Shown: piece after piece, positions 1-9,734 of the stretch
How positions within the stretch are numbered: the stretch's first letter is position 1
Layout of the letters: each line of letters opens with the position of its first letter
NCBI GenBank assembly: GCA_965116335.1
Contig: OZ220677.1
Location: 16,834-80,833 of the forward strand
Direction of reading: 5' to 3'
Length of the DNA: 64,000 nt
DNA from: Arenicellales bacterium
Lineage (GTDB): Bacteria; Pseudomonadota; Gammaproteobacteria; Arenicellales; Poriferihabitantaceae
Notes under the pieces: generated by a model
Told to the model about the DNA's origin: nothing
Seen by the model: the letters and a program-made list of their open reading frames with translations, nothing else
Database searches by the model: none
Program-made: the position numbers and the translations under genes

Positions 1-3000
1 GCCGCCGACCCGCAGCTGACCATTGTCGCGGGCGAAACCAAGAGTTCCGGTGTAGTTGCTATCCAGGCGCTGGACAATAGCGAGGATGATGCGATTGACA
101 ACCGGCCGGTGCGCCTGTCGGCGACGGCCAGTGGCGGGCGTGGCATTGCGGACCCCGCCGAGGTTACGCTGACAATCCAGGATGATGACAAGGCGGGCGT
201 GAATTTCTCTGAAAACACGATTGAGGTGGAGAAGGATGAAACCACGGTCATCCAGGTACGCCTGACCTCACAGCCGACTATGGATACCACGGTAACGCTA
301 ACCAGTAGCGATCCGAACGTGGCCGAGTTGAGCGCCAGTCCGCGTGGACGCAGTGTGCAACTGCTATTCACTCCACAGAACTGGAACGTGCCGCAATCGG
401 TCACCGTTCACGGTATCGAGGACGGTGATCTGTCGATTGAGACCCATATTCAAAGCGCCGACCCGATGTATGCCAATGCGCCACCGCCGCCGCCCTTGCA
501 GACCAATGTTATTGGTGTGCCGACACTGACCCTGACGGCCAGCGAAGACTACATAGATGAAGGCGCGGCGGCGACGTTTACGATTGCGGCAGACCGGGTA
601 TCGCCGATTGATGTGCCGGTGCGGATTGATGTGGGCTACGGTTGCTGCATCGGCGTAGGAGAAGTCCTGGCCGAGGGCCAGAAAGGCATGCGAACGGTTA
701 TCCTGCCTCAGGGACGAACATGGGTCCGATTCGAGGTGCAGACTGCTGACGATGAGGTTATTCATGGCGAGGGTATCAAACGCGGCAACAAGTCGATTAC
801 TGCACAGATTGTCGAGAGCGATGCCTACCAGATCTCCCACACAGGCAATGATGCGCTGGCGCGTTTCATGTATTACGATTCCGTGATGGTGAGCGAAAAT
901 GATTCGGTGCCGCCCGCGGACATTGTGGTTTCTGTCTCTGGCCCGGAGCGGGTGATGGAGGGTGACACTGCGCAGTTCACCTTCACGGCATCGAAAGCGC
1001 CCCTGAACGATCTGAAGATCAGCTTTTTCCTGGATTTGTTTGGTGACTTCAATACCAACCCCGTTTATACCTTCGACCCGAATGTGATGAGTGGTCTTGA
1101 AAAAGATTTCGTGACCCTGCCAGCCGGAGCGCTGCAAACCACGTACAGCCTCACCATCCGGGATGATGATCGTACTCAGGGTCACGGCAGGATGTTGGTC
1201 AGAGTCACGGGCGGCTCCATGAAGTCCGTCGATGGTATCATCCATCGCAGTTATAGCATTGCGGGTCATCTCGACCGCGAGGTAAGGTTCGATGTTATTG
1301 ACGATGAAACCTCACCCTCTGTTGAGTCCCAGGCTTCGCCCCAGGAATCGCCGCAGCAGGCAGAGCAGGCAGAGCAGGATGAACAGGAAGAGGATGGACA
1401 GGAGACGGCGAGGGCGCTGGCCGTAGCGGCTTGTGTGTCTGATGAACTCATAGAGAGGGGCGAGGACTATTATCAGGCAAACCGCAACAAGGCATCGAAC
1501 TACGGGTCAAACTGGTTCAGTGTTCTGGTTGCGTTTGATCAGCGGACGCCGTCAGACTGGACTACTGACAGTCGCAGCATTGAACCGATGACTGCTGCCT
1601 CGTCTCGCGAGCGGGAGAGTAGCTGGCGCGGGTGGCGTCCCTTTACCAAGGCGCTGGAATGTGTGGAGACGGCAATAGCAGAAGCTGAAGTAGAGGCAGA
1701 GGCAGAAGCGCAAGCCGAGGCCGGGGCGCAAGCCGAACAACAGCCAGAACAACAGCCAGAAGCAGAAGCGCAACCGGCGCAGGTACAGGATGGACAGGTC
1801 GAGGTGCAGACTGAGCAGACCGAGGTAGAAGTACAGGCCGAAGTACAGCCAGAACCAGAACAGACACCCCCACCCACTCCTGCAATCCGTCTGTCGGCGG
1901 GTTCTGCTGTAGACGAGGGCGAGAGTGCTGAATTTATCCTGACCGCTGATCCGGCGCCGCTTGACGATCTGGTGATTACTTATGCGGTGGAGCAGACAGG
2001 CGATTACCTGGCTGATCCCGGAGTCGGGCAACGTACCATCACCCTGGCGGCAGAAGCGACCACTATGGTGCTTTCTGTAGACACAGTAGACGATGAAATG
2101 GACGAACCGGATGGTTCGGTGAGTGTCACGCTGGCTACCGGCGCTGGCTATACACTGACTACCCGGCAGAGCCGTACCGTGACCGTGAATGATAATGATG
2201 TGATGCCGCCTCCGGTGCTGTCGATTCGCGATGCCACCTTGCATGAAAACCAGGGCGGTGGATACTTTACCGTGACCATAGAGGAGCCAGCAGACTGGCC
2301 GGTACGTTTCCACTATGCGACCCGCGATTCCTCTCCGGTATCCGCGAGAGCCGATCAGGACTATCAGGCGCATGATCGTTCAGCACGGATGCAAAGCCAA
2401 TTCGAGCCTGGAGAGACCGAGATGAAACTCTATATCGAGATCTACGATGACAGTCATGATGAGAACGCTGAAACCTTCGAGATCGAACTGTTCGATGCGG
2501 ACGTAGGCAGTATGCCCGATGTGCCGGTATTGATTCCAGACGGTATAGCGGTTGGCACCATTGTCGATGATGATCAGATGCCCGCTGCCTGGTTGGCGCG
2601 TTTCGGTCGCAGTGTTGCCCAACAGGCGCTGGATGGTATTACAGATCGCATTGAGGCGCCGCGCACGGCGGGAACCGAAAGCACATTTGCCGGTATTTCC
2701 ACTCAATCTTCCGGTCTGGATCAAGACCTGCCGGGGCAATCCGATGTCGTGCAGCGATTCGGTGTGGGTAATGACACGTATGGTTTTGGCACCGACGGTA
2801 TGGAGAATGGTGGCGAACCGCAGTATCGTTCCATGACAATGTCCGATGCCTTGATGGGTGTTTCCTTTACGACCACCAGCCAGAAGGATGCCAGTGGTGG
2901 CAGTGTAGCCTTCTGGGGACGTACTGCCCAATCCAGCTTCAATGGCAACGAAGACAACCTCTCGCTGGATGGTGAGATCACCTCTGCCCTGCTTGGCATG

Positions 3001-4065
3001 GACTATGCCAGAGACAACTGGATGGGCGGCGTGACTCTGATGCAAAGCAGTGGCAAAGGCGGTTATACCGATTCTGGTGTATCGTCCAGCTGCCCGCAAG
3101 AGGATAGCACGCCATGCGCTGGCGGCGCATCGGCGGGTGCGGGTACACTGGAGTCTTCATTGACCGCACTGATCCCTTATACCTCCATGCAAGTATCGGA
3201 TCGTATGCAATGGTGGGGTGCCCTGGGTCATGGTATTGGCGAGGTTGATCTGAAACCCGGAGCGGGCGATTCACTGACCTCTGATATTTCCTGGAATATG
3301 GCGGCTATTGGACTGCGCGGAGACCTGATTCAAGCGCAGGCAGGGCAGGGTCTTTCTTTAGCCCTGACTTCCGATGCACTATGGACCCGAACGGCATCAG
3401 AGCAGACACAAGAACTGGCGGCATCCGATTCAGACACTATGCGCTTGCGGTTGGGTCTGGAAGGCAGTTGGGCGTTTGAACTGAAAGATGGCGGTCAGTT
3501 GACGCCGAAGCTCGAGATGGGATTACGACAGGATGGTGGAGATGCGGAGACCGGTGGTGGCGTAGAGATTGGAGGAGGTATTTCCTGGTTGAATCCGGGA
3601 CTTGGACTTTCCCTTGATCTATCTGGACGGACGTTGGTTTCGCATGACGACGAAGGGTTGGAGGATCGGGGTTATGCGGCCTCACTGGAATTTGATCCGG
3701 ACCCATCCAGTGAGCGCAGTCCGTCCTTGACCTTGCGCCAGGATTGGGGGAATTCTTCCGGTGGTGGATTGGATGCGATGTTCACATCAAGCCCGCTCAC
3801 ACAATCAGGCGGAGGGAGTCAGGAGAGTCGCTGGACGGCGGAGGCGGCCTGGGGCTTCCCGGCATTGGGTGGACGCTTCACGGGGAGTCCTCATGCCGGT
3901 CTTGGTTTTTCTGGTGACAGTCGGGATTTCACGGTGGGTTGGCGTTTGAAGCCTGATTCCGAGGATGCGCCGAACCTTTCTCTGGGCGTACAGGCCACCC
4001 GGCGCGAGAATGGCGCAGACACCCCGCAGCACAGCGCCGGATTCGAAATGAGCATCCGATGGTAG
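1..4065 (+). CDS. Large Calx-beta repeat surface protein with C-terminal autotransporter-like beta-barrel (5' partial; frame open from base 1)
   Basis: Frame 1 reads AADPQLTIVAG... without a stop into the 109..4065 ORF. Repeated Calx-beta-like motifs (VTLTIQDDD, VRFDVIDDE, VTVNDND, AVGTIVDDD), then WLARFGRSVA leading into a Gly/aromatic-rich barrel-like region ending FEMSIRW. Confidence 0.8.
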   Translation, partial: AADPQLTIVAGETKSSGVVAIQALDNSEDDAIDNRPVRLSATASGGRGIADPAEVTLTIQDDDKAGVNFSENTIEVEKDETTVIQVRLTSQPTMDTTVTLTSSDPNVAELSASPRGRSVQLLFTPQNWNVPQSVTVHGIEDGDLSIETHIQSADPMYANAPPPPPLQTNVIGVPTLTLTASEDYIDEGAAATFTIAADRVSPIDVPVRIDVGYGCCIGVGEVLAEGQKGMRTVILPQGRTWVRFEVQTADDEVIHGEGIKRGNKSITAQIVESDAYQISHTGNDALARFMYYDSVMVSENDSVPPADIVVSVSGPERVMEGDTAQFTFTASKAPLNDLKISFFLDLFGDFNTNPVYTFDPNVMSGLEKDFVTLPAGALQTTYSLTIRDDDRTQGHGRMLVRVTGGSMKSVDGIIHRSYSIAGHLDREVRFDVIDDETSPSVESQASPQESPQQAEQAEQDEQEEDGQETARALAVAACVSDELIERGEDYYQANRNKASNYGSNWFSVLVAFDQRTPSDWTTDSRSIEPMTAASSRERESSWRGWRPFTKALECVETAIAEAEVEAEAEAQAEAGAQAEQQPEQQPEAEAQPAQVQDGQVEVQTEQTEVEVQAEVQPEPEQTPPPTPAIRLSAGSAVDEGESAEFILTADPAPLDDLVITYAVEQTGDYLADPGVGQRTITLAAEATTMVLSVDTVDDEMDEPDGSVSVTLATGAGYTLTTRQSRTVTVNDNDVMPPPVLSIRDATLHENQGGGYFTVTIEEPADWPVRFHYATRDSSPVSARADQDYQAHDRSARMQSQFEPGETEMKLYIEIYDDSHDENAETFEIELFDADVGSMPDVPVLIPDGIAVGTIVDDDQMPAAWLARFGRSVAQQALDGITDRIEAPRTAGTESTFAGISTQSSGLDQDLPGQSDVVQRFGVGNDTYGFGTDGMENGGEPQYRSMTMSDALMGVSFTTTSQKDASGGSVAFWGRTAQSSFNGNEDNLSLDGEITSALLGMDYARDNWMGGVTLMQSSGKGGYTDSGVSSSCPQEDSTPCAGGASAGAGTLESSLTALIPYTSMQVSDRMQWWGALGHGIGEVDLKPGAGDSLTSDISWNMAAIGLRGDLIQAQAGQGLSLALTSDALWTRTASEQTQELAASDSDTMRLRLGLEGSWAFELKDGGQLTPKLEMGLRQDGGDAETGGGVEIGGGISWLNPGLGLSLDLSGRTLVSHDDEGLEDRGYAASLEFDPDPSSERSPSLTLRQDWGNSSGGGLDAMFTSSPLTQSGGGSQESRWTAEAAWGFPALGGRFTGSPHAGLGFSGDSRDFTVGWRLKPDSEDAPNLSLGVQATRRENGADTPQHSAGFEMSIRW

Positions 4066-4221
4066 GGGGAGCGGGTGGGGGGAATGATGTTGGCGTGTGG
4101 ATCGGAATGATCTCGTAGGGGAGGGTCTCTGTGCCCTCCCGCGAATGATCGGACGGGTATCAACGGTAGCGGACACCCACAGAGGGGCGTGGGCAGGCTC
4201 TACGCATCGGTAATTGCGGGA
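4064..4221. repeat. REP-like (GTAG-type) palindromic repeat mosaic
   Basis: Modules ggggagcgggtggggggaatgatg, cgtaggggagggtctctgtgccctcccgc and gcggacacccacagagggg recur at many intergenic sites in the window. Confidence 0.8.
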
Positions 4222-4228
4222 AGTGGTC

Positions 4229-4257
4229 TTGCGGTGTGTGGCGTGGCGCGTTACAAT
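4229..4257 (+). promoter_or_regulatory. Putative sigma70 promoter of higBA, positioned for a leaderless transcript
   Basis: TTGCGG (4229-4234), 17 bp, TACAAT (4252-4257); ATG follows 5 nt later with no Shine-Dalgarno. Confidence 0.6.
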
Positions 4258-4262
4258 TCGGT

Positions 4263-4535
4263 ATGAAGATCAGGCACAAGGGATTGCGGGCACTGCACGA
4301 GAGGGATAATTCCGCGCGGGTGCCTGCCGATCTGGCGCCACGGCTCAAGCGCATCCTGTTCCGGCTGCAAGATGCAACGCATCCGCGAAGTGCAGACGCG
4401 CCGGGCTTCCGGCTGCACTCCCTGAAGGGCGACCGTGCGGGCTGGTGGAGCGTTCGCGTATCCGGCAACTGGCGCGTGGTATTCCGCTTTGAGGACGGAG
4501 AGGCCGTGGACGTGGACCTGATTGACTATCACTGA
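4263..4535 (+). CDS. higB: HigB (RelE/ParE superfamily) toxin
   Basis: MKIRHKGLRALHE...FRLHSLKGDRAGWWSVRVSGNWRVVFRFEDGEAVDVDLIDYH is the typical HigB signature; ATG at 4263. Confidence 0.92.
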   Translation: MKIRHKGLRALHERDNSARVPADLAPRLKRILFRLQDATHPRSADAPGFRLHSLKGDRAGWWSVRVSGNWRVVFRFEDGEAVDVDLIDYH

Positions 4536-4554
4536 CCGAAGGGGAGTGTTGACC

Positions 4555-4869
4555 ATGAACGACATCGCAAACGAGCGCGTCGGCCCGATGCGAAACCCGC
4601 CGCATCTGGGCGAACTGATCCGCGAGAGTATGGACGATGTGGGCTGGAGCGTGACCGAAACGGCGGCGCGTCTCGGCTGTGAGCGCGGTACGTTATCGCG
4701 CCTGTTGAACGGCAAGGCGGGCGTGTCGGCGACTATGGCGCTGGCGTTGGAGGACATCGGCTGGGGCACCGCCGAGCACTGGATGCGGATGCAGGCGAGC
4801 TACGAGCTCGCGCAGGCGCGGCACGACCGGACGGCTTCGAATCGGCGCATGCGGGCGCTACACGCATGA
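4555..4869 (+). CDS. higA: HigA HTH antitoxin
   Basis: NPPHLGELIRE...SVTETAARLG...LSRLLNGKAGVSATMALAL...WMRMQASYEL; directly downstream of higB. Confidence 0.92.
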   Translation: MNDIANERVGPMRNPPHLGELIRESMDDVGWSVTETAARLGCERGTLSRLLNGKAGVSATMALALEDIGWGTAEHWMRMQASYELAQARHDRTASNRRMRALHA

Positions 4870-4884
4870 TCAAGGCTCGCGCCG

Positions 4885-5143
4885 TTTCGACGGTTTCGGG
4901 AGGGTACAAGACCCTCCCCTACGATGACAGGTAACCGCAACCGTATTGTTATGGATTCCCGCATCTGCGGGAATGACGGGTGGTTGGGGCATGTTCCGGC
5001 GGTTGTGTCCCCCCATCCAATCCGCAAGCGGATTGGATTCCCCCTCAAGGGGGGAATGATTTGGACGGTTCACTCCAACCTTGAGGGGGAATCCGCGATA
5101 CAAGGGCGCAAGCCCGCCGGGGAGCGGGTGGGGGGAATGATGT
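4885..5143. repeat. REP/BIME-like mosaic
   Basis: gggagggtacaagaccctcccctacg, ggattcccgcatctgcgggaatgacg, atccaatccgcaagcgattggat and ccccctcaaggggggaatga modules. Confidence 0.85.
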
Positions 5144-5265
5144 GATGATGAGCGTGATTGTTCTGATAAAAGAAGCAGGGTATTATAGGGATATGAATAA
5201 TTCATTTGTTGTTGAAAACTACAGGCTTTTCTGCTTGAAATTTCGGCCAAATTATCCAAAGCCAG

Positions 5266-5577
5266 ATGCACACTGTAATCGCTGACAAGAAAGGGAAACT
5301 GGCAGAGATCTGCCAACGTTACGATGTTGTACGGCTTGAGGTTTTCGGATCAGCGGCACGCGGCACAGATTTCGACCTGGCCAAAAGTGACGCAGATTTT
5401 CTTGTTGAGTTTAACCCTCATAGCAATCTGTCACCTCTTGAACAGTTCTTCGGCCTTGTCGATGCGCTGAGCAACACATTGGAACGCCCCGTGGACCTGG
5501 TCGAAAATCACACATTTCGCAACCCGTATCTGAGTACATCCATCAACGAATCCCGCGAAGTTATTTATGCGTCGTGA
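5266..5577 (+). CDS. mntA: Minimal nucleotidyltransferase (MNT) antitoxin
   Basis: LEVFGSAARG...SDADFLVEF (GS-x-DxD Pol-beta NTase motif), RPVDLV; overlaps a DUF86 gene. Confidence 0.88.
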   Translation: MHTVIADKKGKLAEICQRYDVVRLEVFGSAARGTDFDLAKSDADFLVEFNPHSNLSPLEQFFGLVDALSNTLERPVDLVENHTFRNPYLSTSINESREVIYAS

Positions 5578-5923
5578 CGCTCGTGTCCTTCTGACCGATA
5601 TCAAGCAGGCAAGCGCCGACATTCAATCGTTCACCGACGGCATGGATAGCGCCGCCTACTCCGCTGATTCACTGACCCAAGCTGCGGTCGAACGCAAGTT
5701 CGAAATCATCGGCGAAGCGGTAAATCGTCTGCACATCAACCATCCCAACCTCGCCACAAGAATTCCCGAAATGCGTCGCATCATTGATTTTCGGAACTAT
5801 CTGGCTCATGGCTATGATCACGTAGCACCGAGACTCGTCTGGCTTTATGCTACCAGCAGCCTGTTGGAACTGAACGATGCGGTTCAGATGCTGCTTACCG
5901 AGATGGAAACACCTGACGAATGA
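5567..5923 (+). CDS. hepT: HEPN / DUF86 RNase toxin
   Basis: AVERKFEIIGEA...RRIIDFRNYLAHGYDHV (RxxxxH HEPN motif). Confidence 0.88.
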   Translation: MRRDARVLLTDIKQASADIQSFTDGMDSAAYSADSLTQAAVERKFEIIGEAVNRLHINHPNLATRIPEMRRIIDFRNYLAHGYDHVAPRLVWLYATSSLLELNDAVQMLLTEMETPDE

Positions 5924-6049
5924 ATGACAAGCGCACGAACTATATGGTCTCCTGATCGAAATAGTCTTCGTCAATCGCTCCCGCAAAATTACGCAGGTCA
6001 CCTGCACCTACAGTGTTGCCGTCAGCATACCTCTTCGCTTGGACATAGC

Positions 6050-6088
6050 GGTTGTGTCCCCCCATCCAATCCGCAAACGGATTGGATT
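6050..6088. repeat. Left part of a REP-like element interrupted by IS3
   Basis: gttgtgtccccccatccaatccgcaaacggattggatt normally continues ccccctcaaggggggaatga, which appears after the IS at 7339. Confidence 0.85.
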
Positions 6089-6148
6089 TGAACTGTACTG
6101 AGAAAGGTGGACACACTAGAATGGGGATAGAATCCTTGGAGGTGTCTG

Positions 6149-6445
6149 ATGCGGAAAAGAAATATTTACAGTAAAGAGTTCAAATTAGAAGCTCTTCGTC
6201 AATGGAAGCAGGAAGGTCAGTCTGCTACGGCTTTGGCGAAGAGTTTAGGTTTGCGTCCGAACATGCTATACAAATGGGAGGATCAGTTGAGTCGTCATGG
6301 TCGGCAGGCGTTTTTGGGTTCGGGTCGCCAGCCGGTAGTTTTGACGGATGAACTGTCTCGTCTCAAGCAGGAGTTGTCGGATGTCAAGATGGAGCGTGAT
6401 ATTCTAAAAAAGGCGGCGGCGTACTTTGCTCGAGAGCTGAAGTGA
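6149..6445 (+). CDS. IS3 transposase OrfA (HTH)
   Basis: YSKEFKLEAL...LYKW...ELSRLKQELSDVKMERDILKKAAAYFARE. Confidence 0.92.
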   Translation: MRKRNIYSKEFKLEALRQWKQEGQSATALAKSLGLRPNMLYKWEDQLSRHGRQAFLGSGRQPVVLTDELSRLKQELSDVKMERDILKKAAAYFARELK

Positions 6446-7305
6446 AGTACGCTTTTATTGAACGGTATCGTGGTTGTTTTCCGGTGGTTTGCATGTGTCG
6501 TGTGATTCGAGTGAGTCGTTCGGGTTATTATGCGTGGCGGAGTCGGGGTGCGAGCGCGGGGAGTTTATTTCGGCGCAATCTTTTAGTTGAGATTCGGCGG
6601 GTACATCAGCAGTTTCAGGGTCGTTATGGTGCGCTCAAGTGTTGGCGTCATTTGCGTCGGGAAGGGATTGCTTGCGGTCGGGATCAGGTCGTCAAGTTAC
6701 GGAGTTTGCACGGCATATTCAGTCAGCGCCGTCATCGTTTTGTGGTTACTACCCGCTCTAGGCCGAGTGATCGGGCGGCGGCGAATCAACTCAATCGTGT
6801 ATTTTATGCGAGTGCTCCGAATCGGGTCTGGGTGGGGGACGTGACGTTTATTGAAACCCGCCAGGGTTGGTTATATCTGGCCGTATTACTGGATCTCTAT
6901 TCGCGCAAGGTGGTGGGCTGGTCCATGGCCAATCGCAATGATACCTCTTTGGTCAAAGCCTGTTTGGACATGGCGGTTGCACATCGCCAACCTGCGCCTG
7001 GTCTCATTCATCATACAGACCGCGGAGCGACCTACACTTCTGAACTCTATCGTTATGCGCTGAACTGTAAGGGAATCATCGCATCCATGAGTCGAACAGG
7101 AGATTGTTGGGATAATGCAGTCGCGGAAAGCTTCTTTGGTCAACTGAAAAACGAATGGGCCTGGCAGCAGGGCCGTCCGAATCGGGAACAGGCCAGAGCG
7201 AGTCTGTTCGAATATATCGAATTGTTTTACAATCGACAAAGACTCCACCAGACTTTGGGTTATATCTCACCCGTGGAGTATGAAAGCAATCAATGTGTTT
7301 CTTAA
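6442..7305 (+). CDS. IS3 transposase OrfB (DDE integrase core)
   Basis: WVGDVTFI, LIHHTDRG, CWDNAVAESFF, YIELFYNRQRLHQTLGYISP; in the -1 frame relative to OrfA. Confidence 0.93.
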   Translation: MKYAFIERYRGCFPVVCMCRVIRVSRSGYYAWRSRGASAGSLFRRNLLVEIRRVHQQFQGRYGALKCWRHLRREGIACGRDQVVKLRSLHGIFSQRRHRFVVTTRSRPSDRAAANQLNRVFYASAPNRVWVGDVTFIETRQGWLYLAVLLDLYSRKVVGWSMANRNDTSLVKACLDMAVAHRQPAPGLIHHTDRGATYTSELYRYALNCKGIIASMSRTGDCWDNAVAESFFGQLKNEWAWQQGRPNREQARASLFEYIELFYNRQRLHQTLGYISPVEYESNQCVS

Positions 7306-7335
7306 TTAACTGTCCACTAAACTCAGTACACCTCA

Positions 7336-7845
7336 ATTCCCCCTCAAGGGGGGAATGATTTGGACGGTATCACTCCACCCTTGAGGGGGAGTCCGCGATA
7401 CAAGGGCGAAGCCCGCCGGGGAGCGGGTGGGGGGAATGATGTTGATACTTGGATCGAAATGATGTTGTAGGGGAGGGTCTCTGTGCCCTCCCGCAGATGT
7501 CGGGACAGGTATCAACGATAGCGGGCACCCACAGAGGGGCGCCCCTACGATGACAGTAAGCGCAGTATCTGAATGGTTGTGGATTCCCCCTCAAGGGGGG
7601 AATGATTTGGACGGTATCACTCCACCCTTGAGGGGGAGTCCGCGATACAAGGGCGAAGCCCGCCGGGGAGCGGGTGGGGGGAGTGATGTTGATACTTGGA
7701 GCGAAATGATCTCGTAGGGGAGGGTCTCTGTGCCCTCCCGCAGATGTCGGGACAGGCAACGGTAGCGGGCACCCACAAGGGGCACCCCTACGATGACTTT
7801 AATTGCAGATTCCGTATTATTGTGGATTTCCGCATTTGCGGGAAA
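7336..7845. repeat. Tandem REP/BIME mosaic, two ~247-bp direct units
   Basis: Unit starting attccccctcaaggggggaatgatttggacggtatcactccacc at 7336 and again at 7583; the same block also occurs at ~5038-5142. Confidence 0.88.
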
Positions 7846-7971
7846 AATATGCGGGAAAAATGTTTGTTTTTTGCTGTTTTTGGGGTAAGATTCGGGCTTG
7901 TTATTGAGACCCGGTGTCGGAAATCTGAAATAAAATGAGAGCGCAGGAGAGAAAAGTGGCAGAAAATATGA

Positions 7972-8009
7972 AAAAACCCTTGACAAGGGTTTTTGCGTTT
8001 TCTGACAAT
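7972..8009 (+). promoter_or_regulatory. Putative promoter of the collagen operon with palindromic operator over the -35
   Basis: Perfect 11-bp inverted repeat AAAAACCCTTG-A-CAAGGGTTTTT (7972-7994) containing TTGACA (7980-7985); weak -10-like GACAAT at 8004-8009 (18-bp spacer). Confidence 0.55.
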
Positions 8010-8012
8010 ATT

Positions 8013-8066
<54 letters not shown>

Positions 8067-8367
8067 GCCGTTGTGTGCCATGACATTTGGCGGGTCTTTT
8101 TGGCGGCGGGGTCGGGCCGCTCATCCTGCGCTTCGATTTGACCGTTTAAGCTCCGATTTATCCTCTTTATTCCGCCTCTGCCGAGTCGTCGGTGGCGGGT
8201 GGTTTCCCGGCTTGCTGAAAGCCGGATTATCTGTAAGGGAAACTCTCTGCAACTGGCGGCAACGCAGAGTCTCTTTATCCTCCCACTTCTATCCTGATCC
8301 GTGCAACGATTCCACTCTCCGGCGCGGAGGTGGGGGCGTTGTGCGGGTTTCGATGCGGTAGTCCAAT

Positions 8368-9714
8368 ATGAAGAAATCGAGAAAAAGCTCAAGGCAGGCG
8401 GCGCAGGTCCGCCGTGATCTGCCGGAATTGCCGGTGAAACGGCGAAACTGGTATGGCCCGGTATCGGTCGGAGCCACTTCGTTGATGCTGGCAGGCGCCG
8501 CGGGGATGGCATCGGTCGCAGGGTTCTACTCGACTGAGGTACAGGCGCAGGAAATGCCGGGCCCACCGGGTCCACAGGGGCCGCCGGGACCAACGGGACC
8601 GCAGGGAGAACCCGGTCCAGCCGGGCCGCCGGGAGCAGATCAAGAACAGGGGGCTACGGGCCCACAGGGGCCGCCGGGAATGGACGGTCCGCCGGGCCCG
8701 CCGGGCCCGCCGGGAATAGACGGCTCACCGGGAGCACGCGGCCCGGCAGGTCAACCGGGCCCGGTTGGTCCGGCTGGCAATCCAGGGCCACCTGGAGACC
8801 CGGGACCATCGGGACCTACCGGCCCGCAGGGCGACCCAGGTAATACGGGGGCCACCGGTCCAGTCGGGGCGCGGGGAGATACTGGTCCAACTGGAGACCC
8901 GGGGCCATCAGGCCCTCCCGGCTCGCAGGGGCCGCCTGGATCGGATGGTGATCCGGGACCGATGGGACCGCCGGGAAGCTCTAGTGCAGGCCCTCCCGGC
9001 CCACCGGGACCGCGGGGATTAAAGGGTGATACAGGCCCATCGGGAACAGGTGGCCCTCCCGGCTCGCAGGGGAGTCTGGGTCCTCCCGGCCCTCCCGGCC
9101 CGACGGGTCCACCGGGAGACACTAACATGGGACCATCGGGCCCTCCCGGCCCGCAGGGGCCGCCTGGATCGGATGGTGATACCGGTCCGCCGGGACCGGC
9201 AGGTACTGCCGGAGCGGGCAGTAGCCAGCCGGGACCACCCGGCCCATCCGGGCCGCCGGGACCGCCGGGAGACAGCAGTACATCCAGCGTTCCCGGTCCG
9301 CCGGGCCCACCGGGACCGCCCGGCCCGCCGGGGCCACCCGGCGCTCCGGAGGGCTGGGTTGTGAATCAGGAGAGGCGTATTGATACGATCGTGCAGGGGG
9401 TCAACGAGCACGGTCAGCGCATCCGCTCGCTACAGTTGTCGTTCGATACGTTGCGAGACGAGTCGAATGAGGGCACGGCCATTGCCATTGCGCTCGGTGG
9501 GATACAGATCCCCTATAACAAGGAGAGCGCTTTCTCGTTGCGGCTGGGTCATTATCGATCCGGCAACGCGGTTGCGGCTGCCGGCGCTTTCCGTCTGCCG
9601 CCCGGCGCCCTGCGTCTGCCGGAGGATGCCAGCGCCGTGGTGGATGTCGGGGTGGCACATGGCTTCGAGTATTCACAGACTGGCGCGACCGCAGGTATTA
9701 CCTGGGGCTGGTAG
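8368..9714 (+). CDS. Collagen-like trimeric autotransporter adhesin 1 (Gly-X-Y passenger, coiled-coil, YadA-type anchor)
   Basis: Extended leader ending VQA-Q; ~82 Gly-X-Y triplets (8560-9348, hand count); heptad stalk ([25 protein letters not shown]); anchor-like [10 protein letters not shown]...[19 protein letters not shown]...[10 protein letters not shown]. Confidence 0.88.
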   Translation: MKKSRKSSRQAAQVRRDLPELPVKRRNWYGPVSVGATSLMLAGAAGMASVAGFYSTEVQAQEMPGPPGPQGPPGPTGPQGEPGPAGPPGADQEQGATGPQGPPGMDGPPGPPGPPGIDGSPGARGPAGQPGPVGPAGNPGPPGDPGPSGPTGPQGDPGNTGATGPVGARGDTGPTGDPGPSGPPGSQGPPGSDGDPGPMGPPGSSSAGPPGPPGPRGLKGDTGPSGTGGPPGSQGSLGPPGPPGPTGPPGDTNMGPSGPPGPQGPPGSDGDTGPPGPAGTAGAGSSQPGPPGPSGPPGPPGDSSTSSVPGPPGPPGPPGPPGPPGAPEGWVVNQERRIDTIVQGVNEHGQRIRSLQLSFDTLRDESNEGTAIAIALGGIQIPYNKESAFSLRLGHYRSGNAVAAAGAFRLPPGALRLPEDASAVVDVGVAHGFEYSQTGATAGITWGW

Positions 9715-9734
9715 GACAGGACAGGAAAGCGGTC

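Larger units (their letters stand above)
6089..7335 (+). mobile_element. IS3-family insertion sequence, apparently intact (1247 bp)
   Basis: IRL TGAACTGTACTGAGAAAGGTGGACA; IRR (reverse complement) TGAGGTGTACTGAGTTTAGTGGACA; TG...CA ends; 3-bp TSD ATT (6086-6088 and 7336-7338); orfA/orfB with A-AAA-AAG slippery site at 6406-6412. Confidence 0.95.

Noticed and set aside
4064-6088. Integron cassette array (TA genes between palindromes)
   Set aside because: No integron integrase in the window and no RYYYAAC...GTTRRRY attC cores in the flanking repeats.
7336-7845. Possible CRISPR array
   Set aside because: Units are ~247 bp mosaics of dispersed hairpins, with no constant short repeat plus unique spacers and no cas genes.
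8355-8367. ops-like (RfaH) motif GCGGTAG before the first collagen gene
   Set aside because: Only a partial match to GGCGGTAGnnTG; too short to support.
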